Assembly: GCF_001447785.1 (NCBI RefSeq)
Contig: NW_015176494.1
Coordinates: 167,468-231,467 of the forward strand
Reading direction: 5' to 3'
Source of the DNA: Gekko japonicus
Taxonomy: Eukaryota
DNA length: 64,000 nt
This document shows, piece after piece, positions 23,328 to 35,571 of the stretch. How positions within the stretch are numbered: position 1 is the first letter of the stretch; each line of letters begins with the position of its first letter. The position numbers and the translations under genes were made by a program. The notes under the pieces are model-generated. The model saw only the letters and a program-made list of their open reading frames with translations, was not told the DNA's origin and did not search any database.

Positions 23328-23624
23328 TAGAATTGGACCCCCTGGTTCAATGTTCCTGAAACATGGTGGGTATCTTGGGGAGAGGCTCCAGCAGCTACCC
23401 TGCGAGTTTGGAGCCTCTCCCTCAAACCCCCTCCCCTCCAGCCCCCAGACTCTACCCTATGTTTTCGCCATTGACTTCAATGGCCCATAGGATATAATGG
23501 GGCCGAACTGCGGGAAGCTGATTCAGATCAGAGAATCTGATTCGGCCCGCAGCAGTCTGAAAGCAGCCAGAATGGGCCATTTTCGGGGGTGCATTTGGTT
23601 CAGATGAACCGAATGCACATCCCT
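23328..23624 (+). mobile_element. terminal part of hAT-type non-autonomous element
   Basis: Ends in gaaccgaatgcacatccct (AGGGATGTGC-type TIR) with subterminal ccgaa/ttcgg motifs. Confidence 0.5.
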
Positions 23625-24719
23625 CCAGCAGCCGGCTTGCTCGGGCTCTCTGCAGCCGTGGGGATCCTGAGCAAGCCAAGGGAATGGAAGGTGGTTTAAA
23701 CCGCCTCTCCTTCCCTCCAGCAGCCGGCTTGCTCGGGCTCCCCGAGCAAACCAACGGAAGGGAAGGTGGCGGAGCAGCTGGAGACATTGAGCCTCAGCTC
23801 CACAAGTAATGAGCACTCGAGCCCCGCCCCCAGCAGCCCTCAGGCCGGAGCACCTGGAGCAGTCTTGGGAGGCGGATTGGCAAAAAGCAAAACCAAAAGT
23901 GCAGGAACTCGAGAGAACTCCAGGAATGGAGTCGGTTCCTCTTCCACAGCCCAAAATGCGACCCACGAACCATGAGCTTGCCTTTTCTCATTTGTGAGTC
24001 TGGCCTCCGCACTCCTTTAACGAGGCAGCCCTGAAGCTTGGGGCAGCAGGAGTTTCTTTGCACGCAGCTTGTGCGGCTGGCTGCCTCTTTTGCTTGCCCA
24101 CCTCTCGCCTCTGCACCTCATCTTCTGCCAGGCATGGAGGAGCCCAGCTCGCCCAGGCTTCTTACCTCCTGCTGCCTTGGCCCTCTGGTGCATGGGTGAG
24201 TCCCCAAAGTTTGACTCTTCCTCTACAAGTCTCTGGCGCTGGAGGTATTCGCCTCCTTCCCTCCTGCCTGCTATGGCTGCATAATTGTGAGAGATTTCTT
24301 AACATAGTGTTCCTGCCAGGGAAGCTGGGGACCCTGCCCATGAGTCTCCATTTCATCCTCACAACAACCCTGTGGGGTAGGTTAGGTAGAGAAGGGGAGA
24401 TTTGGCCCGGGGTCACTCAGCCAGCAGAGTGAGAATACAAACCTGGGTCTCCCCACATCAATCTGCAACTCTGACCACTGTGCAGTGCTGCCTCTACTGA
24501 TCTGTAATGTTCCAGAGGTGTTGTAATGTAATACTCAGTTTCTCAAACGAGTGTATGCCTGTCTGTTGGTCCACTTAGGAGTCTTGATCCTGGTTGTGTG
24601 GTGGGCTAGTTGTGGCAAATGGTAGGGAAGCTCAGTATTTCTGTATACAGTTGTAGGGGCTTTATTGCAATGTGCTATGGCCTGATATTATGTTCTTATT
24701 CCAGTGTGGAGTGTGTGAA

Positions 24720-24902
24720 ACAGACACCCTGTGAGGTGGGTGGGGCTGAGAGAGCTCTTGACAGAAACTGCTCTTTCAGGAACAGCTGTGCCAGAGCTTG
24801 TGACTGACCCAAGGTCACATCAGCAGGTGCAAGTGGAGGAGTGGGGAATCAAACCTGGTTCTCCCAGATTAGAGTCCGCACGCTTAACCACTACACCAAA
24901 CT
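24720..24902 (-). mobile_element. tRNA-derived SINE (Squam3-like)
   Basis: Same family as 10771-11043; head-to-head with the next copy. Confidence 0.8.
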
Positions 24903-24916
24903 CGCTCTTACCAAAC

Positions 24917-25148
24917 CACTGGTATAGTGGTTAGGAGTGGTGGAATTCAAATCTGGACAACCAGGTTAGATTCCCCACTCCTCTACATGAAGGTGACCTT
25001 GGGCTAGTGGCAGTTCTCTCAGAACTCTCTCAGCCCCACCTACCTCATAGGGTGTCTGTTGTGGGAGAGGAAGGGAAGGCAACTGTAAGTCACCTTGAGA
25101 CTTCTTGAGGTAGAGAAAAGCAGGGTATAAAAGCCAACTCTTCTTCTT
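24917..25148 (+). mobile_element. tRNA-derived SINE (Squam3-like)
   Basis: tggtatagtggttag head; ...gcagggtataaaagccaactcttcttct tail. Confidence 0.8.
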
Positions 25149-25844
25149 GGTTCTTGAAGTGGACCTTCATAAAAATTAGTGATTGATCCAGCCTCACTGT
25201 CATGTTGGGTTTTTTTTTCCTAATCATCCTGCAGCAGTGCTATGTCCCGTCCACACAGATTAGATGGGAAAGGGGTGTTGCTCTTTGAGAGCTAGCATAA
25301 GGGGTAGATGGGCTACTTTACCCCACTCTCCTCTTTTTTACTCTGGATAATGTTTGTTCTTGAGCATTTGTGAAAGGATGTACAGAAGGAAGCTGCACAG
25401 GAGTTGGGCAAAATTTGGAGATGCGCCTTCTTTATTCCACCCAGATGTGGAGGTGGGGAGGGTGAGCAGAGGACTGGTGGTATTGTTAACAACATGGGAT
25501 GGACATGGTAATGGAGGAAGTATTGTTTCCACTGTCCTCAGTGATAACGTGGGCACTAACCAGTCATGCTGTATTGTAGGCAGTGCTTTAAATAGCAACA
25601 GTCCTGCTAGCTGGGGAGAAGACCTGAACATTTTCCAGCAACCATATTTTGAGTCAAGGAATAACTGCACACTTTCAGACTTTCCACTGGATCCATTGGA
25701 GCTAGAAGCTTGCTGAGAGCAAACAGACCAGCAAGAGAGCTGAGTTTCTTGGGTGGCTGAATTTTATATTCAGTCTCAAATCCGTGCTTGAGTGGTGACA
25801 TTTAGCCTTGGTTTAATGCTTCCTTCTCTTCTGTATCCTTGAAG

Positions 25845-26059
25845 CACTATGACTCACTGCTCCCATGAGCAGTGCCCCTACCAGCTCCTCTCTGGAGAGC
25901 CCCATATTTCTGAAGAGTTGCTGGGCCTGAAGTTTCGCATCTCCCCAGATGCCTTCTTACAAGTCAATACAGCCGGGGCGGAGGTTCTGTACCAGACGAT
26001 TGGGGAAATGATCAGAGCTCATAAGGACACCGTTCTGCTGGATATCTGCTGTGGAACTG
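25845..26059 (+). CDS. TRMT2B: tRNA/rRNA m5U methyltransferase TRMT2B, internal coding exon (first visible in window)
   Basis: AG acceptor at 25843-44. Encodes (S)TMTHCSHEQCPYQLLSGEPHISEELLGLKFRISPDAFLQVNTAGAEVLYQTIGEMIRAHKDTVLLDICCGT(G), matching TRMT2B including the SAM-binding LLDICCGTG motif. GT donor at 26060, phase 1. Confidence 0.95.
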
Positions 26060-26216
26060 GTGTGTATTGGTAAGGCAGTGGGATGGAGGGGCAGCTGAGC
26101 ACAATCTTGAAGCTTGATGGGAGTCTAGATTGAGTCAAGGGGTCTAGGTTTTCTGGGAATTCTCCTATTTGTTAGCAGCCCTCAACACCTACAATCATCG
26201 CTTCATCTTTTTCTAG

Positions 26217-26318
26217 GTGCAATTGGTCTCTCTCTGGCTGAACAAGTCTCCAAAGTCATTGGTGTTGAGGTGGTGGACCAGGCGGTGGAAGATGCCAGGT
26301 GGAATGCGGCATTTAATG
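26217..26318 (+). CDS. TRMT2B: TRMT2B coding exon
   Basis: ttctag acceptor; GAIGLSLAEQVSKVIGVEVVDQAVEDARWNAAFN(G); phase-compatible GT at 26319. Confidence 0.95.
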
Positions 26319-26372
26319 GTGTGAGTTTAATACAGTTGACTAAATGGCTGTACGTAAAATAGAAGTTGCATC

Positions 26373-26946
26373 TAGGGGTGTGCAAAAAAAATGTTTTTTC
26401 CCCAATTTGCGTCTATTGGACCTGAAAAATATCGGTATTCCCAAATACTTGTATTGGTCTTTGGGTGAATATTCAGGAAACCAGAATTTATTCAGACCTG
26501 TCCCATAGGGTATAATGGAGAATTTCATTCGCTGAGTTATACTGCCATGGTGGCGCAACTCAGCAAGTTCAGAGGGCATTTAAACTTTAAGCGTGTTCAG
26601 TTCACTTGCACAGTTCTGCCGTCATGGCATAGTTAGTGAACTGAAGGCATTTAATCTTTAAATGCCTTTAGTTCACTTGTGGAGTTGTGCTGCGGCAGCA
26701 GCGCGACCCAGCGAGTAAACTGAATGATTTTACAATTTAAATGCCTTCAGTTTGCTTGCTGAGTCGAGTGCGGCTTTAGTTAGCCAGTGAGGTATAGAAG
26801 AAGAACACCGGCTTTTATTAGGGCGTGGCTATTTCAGTAGCCAAATCAGATTGTCTGATCTGTATTTGGGTGAATAAATACCCGAAAAATACCAATAGGG
26901 TATTTTTCTGGTAATTGGCTCGGTATATACCGAGCACACACCCCTA
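26373..26946. mobile_element. hAT-type MITE in TRMT2B intron
   Basis: TIRs TAGGGGTGTG / CACACCCCTA; 8-bp TSD GTTGCATC / ATTGCATC. Confidence 0.85.
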
Positions 26947-27686
26947 ATTGCATCCATGCAGGAAGAAGGGTCCGTCCTAGCTAGGGGATCCTGCTGGAGA
27001 GCTACAACTCTTCCCATTTCAGATGCTGACTAGGCCTGTTATCCACATAGGAGAAGACAGCTAATCCCAGGGGAGGGGCATTAAACCATAGCTGATAAAC
27101 TTGATTGCACCATCTATTTTGATCAGCCAATATTTAACTTCCAGTGACAATATTTAATATTAAAATGTACTGCGTGTAATATGCATTGGACACTGGCTAT
27201 TTTTATAACATTGTGATTACATTAATTAGATGATATTTATAGATCCTCCTTTTTTTCTTTAAGAGTGAGATCCACCCAGTGCCACTGCTGTGATTACCAA
27301 TTACGATTTGCATGAGAATGTACTATACACCTAAGGTGGGCTTCATTTGGTCTTCTTTATCCATGACAGTCCAACCACTACAGAGAGCAGGATTTCCTTA
27401 TTTCTCTGTCCTCATACAAAGAGAAATTGGGAACAAATGTAAATCTCCGAATTGTACAATTTGGCTATGGGGGCAGTGTTTGTGGGTTTATTTCTGAATT
27501 TATTTCTGAATTTCGCACTTTGTTTGCTGATCAAAGCTGCACAATGAGAGCCAATGCTTATTGGCAAGCTTTACTGTCTTTGAGACAAAAATTCTCTGCA
27601 TTCGGCTTTCAGATTCAGCTCAGCTGGGTGGCAGTTTTTTATATATCATGTGACTCTTTCGTTTGCCAACCACTCTCTTTGCACAG

Positions 27687-27806
27687 GTGTCTCCAACTGT
27701 GAATTCCACAGTGGCAAGGCAGAGGTCGTGTTGCCCCAATTGCTGATGTCCTGGCCAGAGACCCAACCTCTCACTGCCGTGGTGAACCCATCCCGAGCTG
27801 GGCTCC
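27687..27806 (+). CDS. TRMT2B: TRMT2B coding exon
   Basis: gcacag acceptor; GVSNCEFHSGKAEVVLPQLLMSWPETQPLTAVVNPSRAGL(H); gtaag donor. Confidence 0.95.
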
Positions 27807-29746
27807 GTAAGACAACCCTTTCTTTTTCAGATCCAAGCTGGTGCAAAATTGCAGAGTATCTTTAGGACTGAGGAGTTTTTTCCTCTGTGTGAGTTTGATG
27901 GGGCAGCGGTTGGTTCTGACGTTTGGGCCAAACTGAAAACTCCTTTGGAGCTGTCCAGGCTGGAATTTCAGCAATGTGGGCTGTAAGCATCACTCAATAT
28001 ATGTTACATGCTCATATCACTGTTTTGGTTTTGGCCAGCTCTGATTTCCAAGGGCAATAGATCTGGGTTTTCTCCATACTCTGAGGTTCAAAAAGATAGT
28101 TCCAAAAATGTTCAAAAAGTGCTGTGTGATACCCTGGAGAAAACTTCATTTGCTGCGGGCGGCCCAAGTTTTCACAGGCAACAACCTAGTTTCCTGGATG
28201 TAGGATGCAAGCCTGGAACTCGGCAAACATTAGTGGCCTGGAAGCAAACTGGATTTAATAAAGATAACAGGTCTGCATGTGCCTACTTGGCATTTATGTA
28301 GCACCTCAGAGTGTTCCCCTGTAGGAAAGCAATGCAGATGGATTCTCCTGCCTGGAAATCGGGAACTGAAATACTTATACGTAATGAGAGCCCAAGATGG
28401 AATCTGTTTACTGCTCACTGACGCAGTCGGTGTGGCCATGAGAGAGAGGGGGAGGAACTGATAACAGAGAACTTGCCTGCACACACACATTCCTTAGTTC
28501 ATGTCTCATGAATAGGATGATGTAATGTATGAAAGAAAGGAAGGGACGGAGGAAAAGATTTTCAGTAAATACAGCTGGTGAGTGAGAGGAGATTCATTCA
28601 TTGAGACAGCTTCCTGCAGACTTGTGTCCTGTCGTCTTTGCATCGCGTGCACCCCTGCACCCCACACCCCAACAAGTGACACCACACTCCCCAAACCCTT
28701 CAGCTACATTCTTAGCAATCCTGTGAGGACAGCTGTGCTGGGTTGAGGCTGAGGCTATAATGGTTCCTCTAAGGCCTGCCTGTAGGAATGCCAACTTCCA
28801 GGTGGAACCTGGAGTGTTCTCCCATAGTTATAACTGATCTTCAGGCCACCACTGCAGGTGGGTGGAGAAGGAGGGAGGCTGGGAACTGCCAACTTTCTCA
28901 CTGTGTCTCCCAGTCAAGCAGCACGGAGGAGGGCCGGGCACATGGGCAGAGCAACAAGGAAGGGGGAAGGCAGGCAGAGCAGGGAGGAGAGGGCAAGTGA
29001 GATATCCCCCACCACACCCCGTGAGTTTAGCAGGTTCTACGGGGGAGCGGGAGCCTGAGAGTAAGCAGGTGGAAGAGAGAAGAGAGGATGGGATCCCTCT
29101 CACAGGCCTTGCAAGTCCACCGCTCGTCATATGGCTAATTCTGCCTCTGATCCTGTGTGGATCAAAAAACCCAGAGAATGGGGCCAGGAACAGATATGGG
29201 GCATTTCTCTGTAGACCTGGGGTGTGGGAAGGATAACCCCTGGTTGCAGAAACGTACCAAAAGAGTTTAGAATGTAACTTTTAAGGAAAATACCAAGATT
29301 TTACCACACTACATTGCAAGGAGTCAGCCACCGTATTAGAAAGAGGAGGAGCAGCTATTATGTCATTGTGTGAGCTAGGCTGGTGGGAACAGAGGAACCT
29401 GGGCAGGTGGGTGAGAAAGAGCGGGAACTGCCATCACCGCCACTCTGCTGCCAGTGCTGCTGGTGGGTGATGAGGAGTGGCAGCCGCCACTGCCACCTTC
29501 CGTGTGAGGCAGGCAGAGGTGCTGCAGGTGTGTGGGGGGGATGCCGGAGCTCCCTGCTGCCATCACAGAAGCTATGTGAGTCAAGCAAGTAGATGCAGTA
29601 GCACCACAGGTGGGTGGGTTGGCTGGTGACGTGGCCGGCCAAGAGAGTAGAGAGGGAGGATGGGATTTCCCTGCAAATCTTGCAGGTCTCTGCTGGTGAA
29701 CATCTCTAGAGTGTGTGAGTATGATTCCTTGTCCTTCCTTTTCCAG

Positions 29747-29846
29747 ATTACCGCGTGGTGCGAGCCATTCGAAACTGTGAGGCCATCCGAAGACTGGTAT
29801 ATGTTTCTTGCAAGCCTGAAGGAGAAGCCATGAGAAATTTCCTTGA
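29747..29846 (+). CDS. TRMT2B: TRMT2B coding exon with catalytic Cys motif
   Basis: ttccag acceptor; HYRVVRAIRNCEAIRRLVYVSCKPEGEAMRNFL(E). YVSC is the TrmA-family catalytic Cys motif. gtgag donor. Confidence 0.95.
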
Positions 29847-30732
29847 GTGAGACACTTGGATTCTGTCTTTCTGTACCTGCAGGGACATATGCAAATGTCT
29901 ACAGGGAAATCACTCAGCAAGTCAATGGAATACGCGTAGGATGTTTTGACTGACAAATAAACAGCTTACAAGAATAGCAAGGAATATAATTTAAAATTTT
30001 TAAAGTAAACCAGCTGTACCTTGGGTGGGTCATGTTTTGGGCTGGTTCTGATAGTTTGGCCAAGGCCACAAGGCACAGGGGAAGAGCCAAGAGGTCAAAC
30101 AGGCCCATAGCGAGGATTTTGTGGCTTGTGGGGCAATTTTTTTTCTGGTGGAGCTGAAGTTCTCAGTGCAGAAAGAAAAGCTATTTAGTGAATAGAAAGC
30201 TGTTCCCAGGATAGATCTCTAAATTGCAACCTGTCAACCACATTAGATGAAAGTTCTCAGCTGCTGCAAGTTAATCACTTCTGCCAGCCTAAGCAGCAAT
30301 TCTGACAACAAACCAGCAAGTGGGGGTGATGACTTCTATAGTCAAGAATGCTAACACTTAGGCAGAAAAACTCTCTTAAAGGAGACTGTCATGAGAATTT
30401 TGGGTTTGTCTTCACAAATGGATTCAAAACTTTGGTTCTGTCTTAACAGCAAGTTCCCATGAGCCTTTGCCTACAGGTCACCTGACTATCTTTTCTTCCC
30501 ATGAGAAGGGAAACACAGGTTTCCTGTTTCCTCTGCATCTGGTCTTTGAGCATCTACATAAGAAGTAATAAAAGAGTAATTTAGAGGCCTGCAGGTATGG
30601 TAATGCAATAAACAATTCGGTTTTAACTCTCCTTTTGGTATGCAGAAGTGTGAAAGGGCTTCAGGTCGAGGACTCTTGTTATCTTTTCTCCAAGAACATT
30701 AAGAAATATCCTGTCACTGCCTATTCCAAAAG

Positions 30733-32474
30733 CTTTCTATTTGCCAAGGAGTGATGGGGCCGGATGCCATGATCTTAGTTTTTTTGATGTTGAGCTTCAA
30801 GCCCACTTTTGCGCTCTCCTCTTTTACTCTGAGCAAGAGGCTCTTTAGATCCTTTTCACTTTCAGCCATTAGAGTGGTATCATCTGCATATCTGAGGTTG
30901 TTGATCTTTTCCCCAGCAATCTTAATTCCCGCTTGTGATTCATCCAGGCCAGCATTTCGCATGATGTACTCTGCATATATATTAAATAAGCAAGGTGACA
31001 GTATACATCCTTGTCGTACTCCTTTTCCTATGCTGAACCAATCAGTTGTTCCGTATCCGGTTCTAACTGTCGCTTCTTGGCCCTTATACAGGTTTCTCAA
31101 GAGACATGTGAGGTGGTCTGGTACTCCCATCTCTTTAAGGACCTGCCATAGTTTGTTGTGATCCACACAGTCAAAGGCTTTAGCATAGTCAATGAAGCAG
31201 AAGTAGATATTTTTCTGGTACTCTCTTGCTTTCTCCATAATCCAGCGAATGTTGGCAATATGATCTCTCGTTCCTCTACCTCTTCGAAACCCAGCTTGTA
31301 CTTCTGGTAGTTCTCTATCCACGTACTGTTGAAGCCTAGCTTGTAGGATCTTGAGCATGACCTTGCTAGCGTGTGATATGAGTGCAATTGTGCGATAGTT
31401 TGAACATTCCTTGGCATTGCCCTTCTTTGGGATTGGAATGTATACTGATCTTTTCCAATCCTGTGGCCACTGTTGCGTTTTCCAAATTTGCTGGCAAATG
31501 GAGTGCAGAACTTTAACAGCATCCTCTTCTAAGACTTTGAATAGCTCAGCTGGGATACCATCACCTCCACTAGCTTTGTTGTTAGTAATGCTTTCTAAGG
31601 CCCATTTAACTTCACATTCCAGGATGTCTGGCTCGAGGTCAGTGATTATACCGTCGTGGTTGTCAAGGACATCGAGGTCTTTCTTGTATAGTTCTTCTGT
31701 GTATTCTTGCCATCTTTTCCTAATCTCTTCTGCTTCTGTTAGGTCCCTACCGTTTTTGTCCTTTATCATGGCCAGCTTTGCATGGAACGCTCCCTTTATT
31801 TCTCCAATTTTCTTGAAGAGATCTCTAGTCCTTCCCATTCTATTGTTTTCCTCTATTACTTTGCATTGTTCATTCAGGAAGGCCTCCTTATCTCTCCTTG
31901 CTGTTCTCTGGAAATCTGCGTTCAGTTGGGTAAATCTTTCCTTTTCGCCTTTGCCTTTCGCTTTCCTTCTTTCCTCTGCTATTTGTAAAGCCTCATCAGA
32001 AAGCCATTTTGCTTTCTTGCATTTCTTTTTCTTTGGGATGGTGGTGATTGCTGCCTCCTGTACAATGTCACGAACCTCCGTCCATAGTTCTTCAGGCACT
32101 CTATCTATCAAATCTAGAGCCTTGAATCTATTCTTCACCTCTACTGTATATTCATCAGGGATGCGATCTAGGTCAAACCTGAATGGCCTAGTGGTTTTCC
32201 CAATTTTCTTCAGTTTAAGTCTGAATTTTGCAATGAGTAGCTCATGATCTGAGCCACAGTCAGCTCCAGGTCTTGTTTTTACTGACTGGATAGAGCTTCT
32301 CCATCTTTGACTGCAAATTATATAGTCAATCTGATTTCGGTGTTGCCATCTGTCGTCAGACAGCCACTTTGCTTTCTTGCATTTCTTTTTCTTTGGGATG
32401 GTGGTGATTGCTGCCTCCTGTACAATGTCACAAACCTCCGTCCATAGTTCTTCAGGCACTCTATCAAATCTAGA
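30733..32474 (-). mobile_element. BovB (RTE) LINE internal fragment with uninterrupted EN-RT reading frame, in last TRMT2B intron
   Basis: ORF 30714-32555 contains HRNQIDY, GADCGSDHELL, NYRTIALISHASK, DYAKAFD, GVRQGCILSP and LRYADD; both element ends are missing. Confidence 0.95.
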
Positions 32475-32639
32475 CCCAACATCATCCTGCAAGCTTCCAG
32501 GGGAGATCAGGGATTCAAATCTAGGTCTCCCGGATCCCTGTCCAAAAGTAAACACTATACCATGCTAGCTGTAAGGCACTGCATATCATCTATTTCTGCA
32601 TTATAATGGTACCAAGTATCTCCTTTATTGTCTGCATAG

Positions 32640-32766
32640 GTTTTGCTGCCCGCCGGATACTGGGAAGAAGCTAAAGGGAGAGGCCTTTGCTCCTGTCTCG
32701 GCGGTTCCAGTAGATCTCTTTCCTCACACGTCCCATTGTGAGCTGCTCCTGCTTTTGGCCCGTTGA
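32640..32766 (+). CDS. TRMT2B: TRMT2B last coding exon
   Basis: gcatag acceptor; EFCCPPDTGKKLKGEAFAPVSAVPVDLFPHTSHCELLLLLAR*, with the family DLFPHTxHxE motif; TGA at 32764-66. Confidence 0.95.
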
Positions 32767-34337
32767 TTGCCCCTCCAGCATTCCTGGAACAGCTGGAGAG
32801 AAAAGGCTGCATTCCCTGATGAAATTGCTGTGACAGCTATTGAGCCTCAACCACCACGGAAGAAAAACAAAACAAGTTATTTGTGCTGTAATGTTTCCAC
32901 CTGCATGATTCTCGTGTCTCTTCTTCAGATATTGCTGTCACAGTTTCCTGTGTGAATAATCAGGAGGAAATTTGTTTGACTGCTTTGCCGATACACCCAT
33001 TCCTGCCCATTTCGCAGGGGTGAGCTCGCTTCTGCTGCTTGGACACATCTGTGCTACTCCGCCGTGCTTTTCCTATTGTCAGATCTCATCCAGTGCAAAC
33101 GGCTTAGACGATGATCTACAGATGAAATCATCCCACATTTGATTGGTCCTTTTGGACCAATGTAAGCATTCCACTTGTCGAACCAAAGTGACTCAAGCCC
33201 TGATATGCAAATCAAATAAGCGTACACATGGTTATTAAAATCATCCAGGTCTGATGGATAAGGCGGAGTGCATTCTGCATCTGGCCCAAGGACATTTACA
33301 ACCACAGCTGGATGCAGGTGGAAAAATATTACTTTGCAAGACTGTTAGGTTTTTCCCCCACAAACTTTTGCCCTTTTTCAAGTTGCCATTCATCTTTTCA
33401 TAGGCAGGCTTCAGAATGAAGGAGTGGATCAGATTTATATGTATTTTATATCTTTTGTGAGTTACACATTATAAATTGTGGGCAAGGTTCGTTTTCCAGT
33501 ATGGGCTGATGTTCCAGAATTTAGTGAAGACTGATAATCTGTATTATTTATTCCTGCTCTATATTTTTCTTAATCACATACGCTTTACTCCCAAACACAC
33601 TACTAACTGATGTCCCATTGAAATCAACAGGCTTACTTCCAAGTAAAAGATATAAGGGACTGTGCAAATCGCACTGAAGTGGATGGGAGCCTGAATGTGC
33701 TGGGCCCTTGTGCAGAACATGAATCAACATACTGGAAGATAACTTGTTTAAAAAACTAACATCCTGTCCATTTCTAGCCCTCAAAGATTTATGGGTGATG
33801 GAGGACTGGGACTGCTAGGGTGTTTGTCAATGTCATTGGTTTTTTCAACCACTCTTGGGGATTCCTTGTTAACAGTGCTCTGCCATAATAATGATAATAA
33901 TCGTGTTTTGCGTTTACATGGCATTTTAGAGCATTCATTACCTCTGTAATTATACACCTAGAGCCGAAGTTGTGCTGTAAGTCTTCTGGGGCTCAGTGCT
34001 TGGGTATCATTAACTCTGCTGCTTTAAAGAAAGGGCCATTCCCCCCCCTCCTCCAAGCTATGGCACAGTATGACAATCTACTGCTGTGGGATCAGAGTGC
34101 CTTGTAATAGCAGCTGAATGACCCGAAGTAGAAAGGCAGGGGCTGAAAGGTTAAATGGCCTTCCAGGGCAGAAAAGATGACCGACATCTGGACAGCCAGC
34201 ATGGTGTAATGGTTAGAATGCTAGGCTAGGACCTGAGAGACCTGGGTTCAAATCCTCATTCTGCTGTGGTTGCTCACCAGGTGACCTTGGGTGAGTCACT
34301 CTTAGCCGAACTTCCCTCACAGGTTGGTTGTTGTGAG

Positions 34338-34974
34338 CAATGCTCCCTCTAAGCTGTGGAGTCTTGTGAGCAAAAATTCTACTTTGTGAACTACTGTCAT
34401 CAGTTGTGAGTGAGCGATTTGGCTACTGCAGAAATTAGTTTGCTCTGGCACCATCTTTCCTGAGCTAAAACAAAATTGTGTGAGCTGGAGGCGAAAAAAC
34501 TGAGCTAGCTCACACATACTCAGCTGAAAGCAGGGGTGTCAAACATGAGTCCTGAGGGCCAGATCAGGCCCCTGGAGGGCTTGTATCAAGCCCACAGTGG
34601 AACTGGCTGTCTTCTGCTGCTTCTTCCAGTTCTGCTGCTGCTGCTACGTCATTGTAGATTTGCAGTTTACCGATACACACCTGAACAGCATACTCAAGAT
34701 TGCAACAGCACAGACATTTTGATGCAATAATTCAGAGCAAGAGGTGTCAGTTATCAGACACTGTTAAATAAACAAAATATTGCAAGAGTGCTAATGTTTT
34801 AAGCATGTTTTTATTTTAGTAAAAAAAAAATTTTGTGTTTGTGTCCCTTATAAAGTTTATATCTCTGCTACCTGGCATTACATTTTATGACACACATGGC
34901 CTGGCCCAACAAGGTCTCATTTATGTCAGATCCAGCCCTCACAACAAATGACCCCTGGCTTAGAGGGAACACTG
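34338..34974 (-). mobile_element. hAT-type MITE family A containing a nested MITE
   Basis: TIRs present; TSD GTTGTGAG / GTTGTGCG. Confidence 0.85.
34531..34957. mobile_element. hAT-Charlie-like MITE nested in the TIR of family A
   Basis: Ends CAGGGGTGTCAAAC ... GACCCCTG; degenerate TSD GCTGAAAG / GCTTAGAG. Confidence 0.75.
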
Positions 34975-35315
34975 GTTGTGCGGTATAAAATGGAGGAGCG
35001 GGAAACAATGTTGTAAAGCTGTTTTGGGTCCTCATAGGGGAGAAAAGCAGGGTATAAATATCTAAACAAATGTTTCCTGAACTGCAAGCAGACTATGTAA
35101 CTCTTGTGTTTTGAGCCAAGAGTTGAGTTCAAGTATCTGAGGGTCTTTCTCCCCCTCTTGCTTCAACCCCCACCCCTGGAAACCTGAGACTTCCTTTAAA
35201 TTTTTTTGTTACCTCCTGTTAGCAATGGTCTCACAAGCCATGTTTCTGTTTGTCCAGGTGCTCAAGACGTCCCTCCGCTGCCTGGGTCTCTGCCCAGTGA
35301 GGCACCCCTTCCATC

Positions 35316-35571
35316 CCAGTTTGGTGTAATGGTTAGGAGCACGGACTCTAACCTGGGAGAACCGGGTTTGATTCCCCTCTCCTCCACATGCAGCTGGCTG
35401 GGTGACCTTGGGCCAGTCACAAGTTTTTTCCGAGCTGTTCTTTCAAGGGCAGTTCTCAAGAGAGCTCTCTCAGCCCCACCTACCTCACAGGGTGTCTGTT
35501 GTGGGGAGGGGAAGGGAAAGGAGATTGTAAGTCACTCTGAGTGAAGGGCAGGGTATAAATCCAATCTCTTC
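35316..35571 (+). mobile_element. tRNA-derived SINE (Squam3-like), full length
   Basis: A/B-box head and family tail. Confidence 0.8.

Larger units (their letters stand above)
34196..35068 (+). mobile_element. old tRNA-derived SINE interrupted by nested MITEs
   Basis: Head tggtgtaatggttag...gggttcaaatcc at 34202-34255; tail gaaaagcagggtataaat at about 35042-35060. Confidence 0.7.

Noticed and set aside
25338-25716. Overlapping 110-120 aa ORFs on both strands just upstream of the TRMT2B exon
   Set aside because: No TRMT2B or other motif recognised; length is compatible with chance.
31411-32247. 278-aa + strand ORF (also 30751-31161)
   Set aside because: Antisense shadow of the BovB ORF.
32929-32960. 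Alternative candidate last exon of TRMT2B (ag|ATATTGCTGT, YCC)
   Set aside because: Stops after ~10 codons and lacks DLFPHT; the true last exon is 32640-32766.
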